Shown piece after piece: positions 8,973 to 16,347 of a stretch of DNA of 18,097 bases (position 1 is its first letter; each line of letters opens with the position of its first letter). This stretch comes from Promethearchaeota archaeon (GTDB lineage: Archaea; Asgardarchaeota; Lokiarchaeia; Sigyniarchaeales; SOKP01), in assembly GCA_008080735.1 (NCBI GenBank), contig SHMW01000088.1:1-18097 (forward strand), given 5' to 3'. A program made the translations under genes and the position numbers. The notes beneath the pieces are model-generated. The model ran no database searches. It was not told the DNA's origin and saw nothing but the letters and a program-made list of their open reading frames with translations.

Positions 8973-9611
8973 CTAACTTAAAACATTAAGTAAAACGTGC
9001 CATAACTCCTGAAAACTGCCAACTTCAAATTCCGAACAAAATGGGGTTTTAGAGTCCTTTCTGATGAATCGAATTGTATTCATACCGACTTCTGCGGAAG
9101 CTTTTAGATTCGCTAATCTATCATCAACAAAAACACATCTCGAGGGAGATGCATTAGTAATTTCTAAAAAATATTCAAATATTTCCACGCCTGGTTTTCT
9201 AAACCCAACTTCTCCGCTGATAATAATCTTTTCAAAATGTCGAGTGATATTATATTTTTGTAAAAGAAATTTTGACCATTCTTCGACATCATTACTTAAG
9301 AGGGCAACCCGATAGTATTCTTTAAATTTGGGAATCCATTCTATAAATTGGTCATCTAAGCATGAAACAGAATTTAAATATTGTTGTTCGATTTCAGGAT
9401 ACTCTTGTTTGAAGCCGATATTCTCCCAAAAATCCTTGGAAGCAAATGTGCCTCTACTTGCTTTAAAATATTCCTTGTAAAGTTCATCTTCTTGAATATG
9501 GGGATCTCGCTGTTTTAAGAAGGGATATAAAAAACTGTGAATAAAATTTCTTTTTGTATAAATAACTCCCCACGCATCAAAAATAAGCCATTCAATTTTA
9601 TGATTTTTCAT
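8973..9611 (-). CDS. HAD-superfamily hydrolase (subfamily IA, YihX-like)
   Basis: Motif I FDAWGV, motif II LLSND, motif III RKP and motif IV FVDD. Confidence 0.9.
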   Translation of the reverse strand: MKNHKIEWLIFDAWGVIYTKRNFIHSFLYPFLKQRDPHIQEDELYKEYFKASRGTFASKDFWENIGFKQEYPEIEQQYLNSVSCLDDQFIEWIPKFKEYYRVALLSNDVEEWSKFLLQKYNITRHFEKIIISGEVGFRKPGVEIFEYFLEITNASPSRCVFVDDRLANLKASAEVGMNTIRFIRKDSKTPFCSEFEVGSFQELWHVLLNVLS

Positions 9612-9717
9612 AATAATGCGGACTATTCAAAATTGAGAATAACCCCTGTGACTGGGTAATCTTATATGATCTAATTTTGTCCAAAATAAGAATTTTATCA
9701 CTCATAGATAAAAAGAG

Positions 9718-9847
9718 TGCCGGCGGTGGGATATGAACCCACGACCTCCAGAATACATCCAGTCTGACCCATTTTTTCAGAAGGATTATGAGTCTGGCGC
9801 TGTAGTCAAGCCGATACTGGCTTTATAACCAGCTAAGCTACGCCGGC
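9718..9847 (-). tRNA. tRNA-Met (CAT), elongator type, with two introns (9802-9824 in the D arm; about 9753-9785 in the anticodon loop)
   Basis: Minus strand: GCCGGCG TA GCTT AGCTGGTTA T[23 nt]AGC G CCAGA CTCATAA[33 nt]TCTGG AGGTC GTGGG TTCATAT CCCAC CGCCGGC A. Removing both inserts gives a 74-nt cloverleaf. G1-C72 and the GCC start argue against initiator Met and Ile2. No CCA is encoded. Confidence 0.9.
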
Positions 9848-10054
9848 AGATGGGAAAGAAAGATAAATCGTTACTAAAATATTATTAAAAACTCTGGTAA
9901 TATTCTTAAATATTTCAATTTTTAAAAATTTAATAGTTTTTTCTTGAAACCCTTCCATGAAATACTTTTCCAATATGAAATCTGCCCTCTGAGATTTTAA
10001 TTTTTGAATTCTTGAAAGAATCGGTTATTTCATATCAGAAAACAATAATATCTA

Positions 10055-10932
10055 CATAACATGTTGAAATTGTCAATAAATCGTCAATACATTCAAATAA
10101 GAGCCAAGTAGAGATCGTGCCCAAACGGGGCATATATGTGATCTGCATCGTGTAGATTTAAAAAAAGGAAGATTACGGGTTAGATCCCGAGCGTGTGGCA
10201 AGCATTGATATTAACGTGAACAACATCGTAGCCATGGCAGACAATATCGGTTCCAGGCCGATCATTGTCAAGGGCGGTGTTGTGAAGAGTATCAATCAAT
10301 TTTTCAATAAGGAACGCGCTAGATTAATGTCCGCCAAAGACAAGCAAGGATACACGCATTGGACGAAAAAATTAACCAAGTTGTCGTTGGTTAGGTATAA
10401 CAAGTTACACGATGTTTTTCATAAGTTATCCAGAAACATCGTGGAACATTGCGTCGAGAACGATATCGGCACGTTGGTGATCGGGTATAACGCCACGTGG
10501 AAGCAAGAGGTGAACATGGGCAAGCGGAACAATCAAAATTTCGTGTCCATCCCGTTTTTGATGTTAATTGATAAAATACAATATAAAGCTGAATTAATCG
10601 GTATTCATGTCATATTGCAAGAAGAATCATACACGTCCAAGTGTAGTTTTTTAGATCGGGAAGATATCGGATGGCATTATCAATATAAGGGATTAAGATT
10701 AGACCATTTGAAAAAACGGGGGTTATTCCGTGCGTCCGATGGACGGATCATCAATGCAGACATCAATGCCGCATTAAACATCATGAGAAAAGCAATTCCC
10801 AACGTGAAATTCGCCAAGGGAATAGAGGACATAGTGTTACGTCCGCGATGCGTGAGTTGGTATTGACCGCCGCGTCGAAACGGTTAGAAAAAATGTCAAC
10901 ATGTTGTCAATACATTTCTAGCATAACATCAA
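10055..10932 (+). mobile_element. Internally deleted, non-autonomous tnpB-carrying IS (IS607-like ends); exact termini uncertain
   Basis: A tnpB remnant is flanked by shared direct motifs: GTCAATACATT at 10083 and 10906, AACATGTTG at 10058 and 10898. YGTCAA recurs at 11-bp spacing at both ends (10071/10082; 10894/10905). No tnpA is present. Confidence 0.7.
10105..10866 (+). pseudogene. tnpB: 5'-truncated TnpB (RNA-guided nuclease) pseudogene
   Basis: RuvC-I region ASIDINVNN, LVIGYN..WKQ..NMGKRNNQNFVSIP, QEESYTSK and RuvC-III INADINAALNI. Upstream of the called GTG the same frame reads QVEIVPKRGIYVICIV*I*KKED, with stops at 10153 and 10159. The N-terminal half is absent. Confidence 0.88.
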
Positions 10933-11217
10933 TTTCTTTTTGTAGGAATCGATATATTTTTTTCACTTTCTAATTACTTAAAATTTAAGTTTTCGAACAA
11001 AATGGAGTCTTTTATACTATATAATTATCCCTTGAAGCTCAGACAAAACTAAATTTGGAACCTATATATAAATAATAGCAATCTTCACAGACTTTTATAA
11101 TATTAATAACTAGGGAATCTATAAATTCTTTCCATCCTTAGGAGTGGTACTGGATAATGAGATAAAAGAACTAATCTTGCCTAAACGAGTCTAATTCACT
11201 GATGTTAGAAAGAATTA

Positions 11218-11319
11218 AGCCTCTGGCGGGGCACGATCCCGCGGCCTTTGCCTATGTGGTAATCGGAAGCAGTTCCGATTAATACCAAGGCAACGCTCTT
11301 CCGGCTGAGCTACAGAGGC
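11218..11319 (-). tRNA. tRNA-Thr (GGT) with a 29-nt intron at 37/38 (11254-11282)
   Basis: Minus strand: GCCTCTG TA GCTC AGCCGGAA GAGC G TTGCC TTGGTA[29 nt]A GGCAA AGGCC GCGGG ATCGTGC CCCGC CAGAGGC T. The mature form is 73 nt with a U discriminator. The intron forms the hairpin TAATCGGAA/TTCCGATTA. Confidence 0.93.
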
Positions 11320-11339
11320 AAAAGTAGCGCAAATCTAAG

Positions 11340-11347
11340 TTATATAT
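11340..11347 (-). promoter_or_regulatory. Probable TATA box of the tRNA-Thr gene
   Basis: ATATATAA on the minus strand, 21-28 nt upstream of the mature 5' end. The AT-rich context lowers specificity. Confidence 0.4.
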
Positions 11348-11598
11348 TTTAATTATTTCTGAATTAAAAATTTTTTTACTTTCTTTTTTTAGAAGGAATA
11401 CCACAGAATATATTTTAGAATAAAATTTTGTGTTTTAATCCTCTAAGATATTCTATTACTAAAAATCTAAGTTTACGAGATTAAAGTGTGTTTATTAGAA
11501 ATTAAAATATATAGAAACCTTATTGAAAACCTAATTAATGAAATTCTTTGGAAGCTTTATTAAAACTTTAAAAAAAATTGAAATAAAAAAAAAAGAAC

Positions 11599-12267
11599 TT
11601 ATGGGATTTGATATAAGATTATTCCTTGTGTAATGAGCAATTGCGCAAGCACATAAGTAATCATGATGTAGACTCGTTCTTTTGGGATGTCGACATCAAA
11701 TTTAGCAATGGCAATAATTCCATCCGAAATAATAAACAAGATTGCCCCCAAATAGACAAGAGTAAAATCAAAAATTTCGAAAATGGACAATAGGAGCATC
11801 GCAAAGAAACTCATCATAAAAATGACGACTATATAGACTATAGTTGGCACTTGTAAATCTCCCATCTTGTCCTTAATACGCATATACAACAATAATGTGA
11901 TTGCGATTAATGGGATTAAAAATAGCCACCCCCATACTGGAAATTGGAGTAAAGATGTCCCGCTTAGCAACAGATATGTAATGATATAGAAAATGTGGCC
12001 GATAAGAAAGGAACCTAATCCCATCATAAACCATTTACCTTCCCTCCCGATCATCAATGAGATATCTCCTAATGTGCCAAATATGAGCGCAATAACTAAA
12101 AACCAATTCACCATAGCCACACCAACACTAAAAATGTAATACAAGATTACCAGTGGCATCAAAAACGGCTTGGTGGCGAATCTTAATGGTTTATTTTCGA
12201 TTACTTCGCTCCCTATATGGATAATATAATCCGCAATAAGTATTCCGAGAAAAATGTATTGAATCAT
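11599..12267 (-). CDS. YhhN/TMEM86-family lysoplasmalogenase-like membrane protein
   Basis: Multi-pass membrane protein with TKPFLMP, LGDISL, FMMGLGSFLIGHIFYI, GAILFIISD and TYVLAQ, the typical YhhN motifs. Confidence 0.88.
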   Translation of the reverse strand: MIQYIFLGILIADYIIHIGSEVIENKPLRFATKPFLMPLVILYYIFSVGVAMVNWFLVIALIFGTLGDISLMIGREGKWFMMGLGSFLIGHIFYIITYLLLSGTSLLQFPVWGWLFLIPLIAITLLLYMRIKDKMGDLQVPTIVYIVVIFMMSFFAMLLLSIFEIFDFTLVYLGAILFIISDGIIAIAKFDVDIPKERVYIMITYVLAQLLITQGIILYQIP

Positions 12268-12291
12268 AGTTAAAATACTATCGGATGCTAT

Positions 12292-12299
12292 TTATATAA
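12292..12299 (-). promoter_or_regulatory. Probable TATA box of a leaderless or near-leaderless YhhN transcript
   Basis: TTATATAA lies 24 nt upstream of the ATG at 12267, and no Shine-Dalgarno-like motif is present. Confidence 0.45.
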
Positions 12300-12323
12300 T
12301 TCTTTTGGCTAGTTTCAATTAGA

Positions 12324-12992
12324 TTAGGCCATTAAAGTTGTTATGATTATCGCTTCTATTATAAAAAATTGAGCGAGATAATAAATTCCTAGAAAAAGCG
12401 CCTCAGTATGCGGAATATCTTTCCTGAATTTATTAATAGCTATTATAATAGAGGAAAGTAATAAGAGAATGGTTCCCAGCCATAGAAGCCAAAAATCTCC
12501 TCCTTGAGAGGTTGGTAAGAAAAATATGGAAAAGATATACATAATAAATACTCCTAAAATATAGCCAATCATGGCCAGCTTTACGATTTCATAATCCCCT
12601 CGTATTTGATATAATATAAACACGACGATTAAAAGACCTGGAAGGAAGAGCAATAACTTCCATAAGTGAAAACCTGGAAATTCAACAAAATAACCGAAAA
12701 ATGCGAAAATATAAAATCCATAACCTAATATATGTGCGAGTACTCCGTGATAAAACATCTCATCTTCTTCGAGATGCATGAAGAACACATTCCCCACTAA
12801 CCCACAAGTTAATCCCGCCACAATAAACCAATTCACTTCAAGAAGGGGTACGTTAAAAATGTAATACATGATCAAGAGTGGGATTAATAACGGCTTAAAA
12901 ATGTATTGAATTCGCTGGCGCCCGATAAGAACCACAAGTATAGTGAGGAGCGCGAAGATGAAATAAAGACTCAGAAACAAGAAATTTTCCAT
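12324..12992 (-). CDS. YhhN-family paralogue with degenerate conserved residues
   Basis: Same length (222 aa) and colinear with the neighbour (FKPLLIP, VNWF, YYLAQ), but has GN for GD, GY for GH and SS for SD. Confidence 0.8.
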   Translation of the reverse strand: MENFLFLSLYFIFALLTILVVLIGRQRIQYIFKPLLIPLLIMYYIFNVPLLEVNWFIVAGLTCGLVGNVFFMHLEEDEMFYHGVLAHILGYGFYIFAFFGYFVEFPGFHLWKLLLFLPGLLIVVFILYQIRGDYEIVKLAMIGYILGVFIMYIFSIFFLPTSQGGDFWLLWLGTILLLLSSIIIAINKFRKDIPHTEALFLGIYYLAQFFIIEAIIITTLMA

Positions 12993-13163
12993 GAATCCCT
13001 AGTATAAAAAAAATTGATTTAAATATTTGTATATATAATAGATTGAGTCAAGCTATTAATAGTTAAGTACACTAAAATATAAATTAAAGATAGACAAACT
13101 AATCATATTTCAAATGTTTAGTTATTATGATCTCCTCCATTTTATATAGGGGTTTTCCTTATT

Positions 13164-14237
13164 ATGACTATGAATTATTTTACAATTGATCATCTGCTCT
13201 CTTCTCTAAAAGACGCTTCGGATTATACGATTCTGGAGCAAGATCAAAATAGTAAAGTAGTTATATCTGAATATGGTGGAAGGCCCATAGGGATATTTCC
13301 GAATTCCGATTCCATAAGCTTACTATGGATCAATCCTAATCTACCCAAAACCATAAAGAATCGAAAACGTGACATCGGGGGGGATCGTTATTGGATAAGT
13401 CCAGAACGGTTGTTTTTCTATAAGAACCCGGAAACTTGGGAAGGCTGGTTTTGTCCAGAAAAATTGGATCCCGCCACATATAAGATACTAGATCACACAA
13501 CAACTAAATGCGAATTAGAAACGATAACCGAAGTTAAAAATCAGATGAGTGATGAAACATATAAAGGGAAAATCACCAGAGCAATTGAGTTAATAGAGGA
13601 TCCCTTAGATTCGGGATTGGACTATTGTGGAATTCAACATCATGATATTTGTCAGCTTGATCAACCAAATCTTAAGGTTAATGGATGGAGTCTGACTAAT
13701 GTGATTAGTGGGGGATCTTCGAATCCCGGGACCGTTTTGATTCCCACAAAATCAAATCCAAAACCATTATCATATTTTAGAACCATTCCTGAGAGCCGAT
13801 TAATAAAAGGAAAGAATTATATTGGATTTAAAATCGATGTGGATGGAGTATATAAATTAGCAGTCCGTCCAGAAGACATTGATTTCTCGAGAAAGGCTAA
13901 AATTGGGTATGTGTTGAAGATTCCCAATTCTGAGGATTATAGCTTTATAGTTAAATTATCTGATGATATTCCACAATCACAAGAGGAATGTTTTGATGTT
14001 GCCAGAGACCATCCCAATTCTGAGATCGGTGTTATCCAATCATATAATTCCGAATCACCGAATAAACCACAATTGCGTTACGGTGAAATTGAATTTCAGC
14101 TTAATTTATTTGAAACTAAAGCAGAAAAATCAGTGGGTGAAGCTCAGCATCAATTATTGGCTTATATAGGTTCAAAAGATGAGATCCTAAAAGTTGCCGC
14201 AGACCATTTAGGTATAATAAATCCTAAATTATACTAA
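13164..14237 (+). CDS. Conserved hypothetical protein, DUF6786-like (probable beta-supersandwich fold)
   Basis: 'YGGRPIG...LLWIN...IGGDRYWISPE' and C-terminal 'VIQSYN...YGEIE' resemble DUF6786 as recalled. The start may be at 13170. Confidence 0.55.
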   Translation: MTMNYFTIDHLLSSLKDASDYTILEQDQNSKVVISEYGGRPIGIFPNSDSISLLWINPNLPKTIKNRKRDIGGDRYWISPERLFFYKNPETWEGWFCPEKLDPATYKILDHTTTKCELETITEVKNQMSDETYKGKITRAIELIEDPLDSGLDYCGIQHHDICQLDQPNLKVNGWSLTNVISGGSSNPGTVLIPTKSNPKPLSYFRTIPESRLIKGKNYIGFKIDVDGVYKLAVRPEDIDFSRKAKIGYVLKIPNSEDYSFIVKLSDDIPQSQEECFDVARDHPNSEIGVIQSYNSESPNKPQLRYGEIEFQLNLFETKAEKSVGEAQHQLLAYIGSKDEILKVAADHLGIINPKLY

Positions 14238-14312
14238 AGAGAAAAAAAGTATAGAAAATTTTATTTTAAAAATTGCAGGATTCCAATTTGCATGAATGCG
14301 TCTAAAGCCATC

Positions 14313-16331
14313 TTAGATGCCCAATTTTGATTTCCAAAACGTAATTTTCTTTTTCAATTCGTCCAACTCAGATAGATTGAGATTCCCACCGACATTCTTA
14401 TACATCGAGATACTGAGATTTATCTGCTTTAACACGCTCGAATACCCCTTTTGGTCAAGAATTATCTGTTTTAGGGTGCTTAACTCTTTAGAGACTTCAA
14501 CCGCAGTTAATTCTTCAATTTGGTTCTCTAAGTTGGCGAACTTTTCTGGAAGTGAAATACTCTCTGCGGGTGTATCTTCTATCTTTTCCGACTCATTTGA
14601 GGTGGTGGCAGGTTGTTCCACTGGATTCGGGCGAGAGATTGTCTCTTGTCGAATTGGTTCTTCTTCTTGAATTTCTGGTTCTGGGGGAGTGGTACTGATT
14701 TCCGCTTCTTGGACTTCACTTGACGATTGTGAAGTAAAAGTCTCAGTTTTTCCTGGAATTGTCTCCTCTTCCTCAGTTTCTCGCCGCTCTTTATATTGTG
14801 AGGGTTTAATTAAAGCATCTCCTGATTTCGGTCTTTCTATTGGTTGGGTTGCTTCCACATGGTCTAATTTCTTACTCTGGATCCATACATCTTCTAATAC
14901 AGCCGCAAACAACTTTATGTGCTCCTCTAAGATTGAGCCCATTCCTGCGATTTCCATCTCATCGGGATTCATTCCGGGTGCTACCACACAGACAATAACC
15001 TCCTCAAAATCCTTATTAATTGACCAGAGGTTCTCTCGGGGATAATGCCGGATGTCTATATTAGGAAATTCTTGAGCACTTTCGATTATTTGTTTATGAT
15101 CCTCATTTGCCATACTAAAATTAGTAGAAATTCTTACATTCACATGCCTCTTGACATCTTTAATTGCGACCATATCAATATCTTCTAATCTTGGAGCAAT
15201 AATATGGAAGCGCATCTTTACACGTGAGATCGAATCGTTTATCTGGGCTTTCATTCCCTCCGCACTTCTAACAAACCACACATCTTTAAAAGTAAGGAGT
15301 GATGCTTTTCTCGCTCTTTCCCAGAATTCTTTCATGGTACTTTCCGAAAGCTGGAGTTGATTTAGAATATTAGTGATGATATCTTGCTGCAGAGTTTGGA
15401 ATATTTCCTTCTGGAACATCGATTTGAGCTCTTGAATTCCCCCAGTTATATCATTATAGACTGTTTTAATTCGTATATCGAGATCTTCTAAGGTTTCACG
15501 CAAACCTGATTCAATATCATCGAAAGTATTATCTAATCCTGTGCTGATATCCCCAGCTGCGTCAGATAAACTTCCTAATTGACCGATTACGTCGTCCAAC
15601 ATCCCTTGTGTAGTATTAACAATCTTTCCCTTGAACTCATCCACGATTTGATTGAATTCTTTATACATAATATTGGATACTATTTTCTCCGCCATCTTTT
15701 TGAGCGCACCGACTCTAAATTGAGTTTCAAACGCATTGGAAATCTCTGTTTTGATAACATCCAACCTCTCTTCCATTCTCTCAAAGTCTTTTGTGATATC
15801 GTCGGGCACAATCTCTCGCAAATTAAGGATATATTGCTTTATCTCTTGAAATTTTTTAACTTGTTCAAGCTCATCTTCGAATTTTGAAAACTGATTCTTT
15901 ATTTGGGCGGGAAGATTTTGCTTCATTTGATGGATATGATTTCTATAGTCCTCTAATTTCTGTAGTTTCGCAGTTTGTTGCTCGATCGATTTGAACCGTT
16001 CTTCTAATAATTCGGGTGTTCGCTGCTGGATATTCTCAACCACTTCTCGAAATTGCTGAATTTGGTTCAGTAAGGCAGCATACGGAGGTAGTGCCATATA
16101 GTGGGGAGTTTTTCCTGGAATTTCTCGCACTAACCCTTTTTCCAACAAATCGTTGGCTATCTGCTGCGCGCGTTCCTCAGATACTTTCGATAAAATTGCA
16201 ATTTCTCCAAGCATGACTGGTCCGCGTCCTGTAATCTTAAAATAAGTCTCAATCTCGTCTGATTCAAGACCTACCAATTGTAAAACTTGCTTGATGGAAG
16301 AATCTTGATTACTCGTGGTTTCATCACTCAT
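14313..16331 (-). CDS. TrmB-like protein: N-terminal winged HTH, long coiled-coil insertion, TrmB effector-like domain, acidic linker and helical C-terminal domain
   Basis: 'VGLESDEIETYFKITGRGPVMLGEIA...LLEKGLVREIPGKTPHYMALPP' matches the TrmB HTH. 'VWFVRSAEGMKAQINDSISRVKMRFHIIAP' matches the start of the TrmB middle domain. About 260 helical residues lie between them. Confidence 0.75.
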   Translation of the reverse strand: MSDETTSNQDSSIKQVLQLVGLESDEIETYFKITGRGPVMLGEIAILSKVSEERAQQIANDLLEKGLVREIPGKTPHYMALPPYAALLNQIQQFREVVENIQQRTPELLEERFKSIEQQTAKLQKLEDYRNHIHQMKQNLPAQIKNQFSKFEDELEQVKKFQEIKQYILNLREIVPDDITKDFERMEERLDVIKTEISNAFETQFRVGALKKMAEKIVSNIMYKEFNQIVDEFKGKIVNTTQGMLDDVIGQLGSLSDAAGDISTGLDNTFDDIESGLRETLEDLDIRIKTVYNDITGGIQELKSMFQKEIFQTLQQDIITNILNQLQLSESTMKEFWERARKASLLTFKDVWFVRSAEGMKAQINDSISRVKMRFHIIAPRLEDIDMVAIKDVKRHVNVRISTNFSMANEDHKQIIESAQEFPNIDIRHYPRENLWSINKDFEEVIVCVVAPGMNPDEMEIAGMGSILEEHIKLFAAVLEDVWIQSKKLDHVEATQPIERPKSGDALIKPSQYKERRETEEEETIPGKTETFTSQSSSEVQEAEISTTPPEPEIQEEEPIRQETISRPNPVEQPATTSNESEKIEDTPAESISLPEKFANLENQIEELTAVEVSKELSTLKQIILDQKGYSSVLKQINLSISMYKNVGGNLNLSELDELKKKITFWKSKLGI

Positions 16332-16347
16332 TTTTGCTTATCTCATC

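Noticed and set aside
6587-9717. Integrated island at the tRNA-Met 3' end
   Set aside because: I found no duplicated tRNA 3' end (att site) and no integrase in the window.
10195-10866. Intact functional TnpB or Cas12f starting at GTG 10195
   Set aside because: Homology continues upstream through two in-frame stops, the N-terminal domains are absent and there is no CRISPR array.
11154-11202. Possible C/D-box sRNA (ATAATGA ... CTAA ... CTGA)
   Set aside because: The spacing is suggestive, but the C box lacks the GA needed for the K-turn and the C' box is poor; it is plausibly a chance match in AT-rich DNA.
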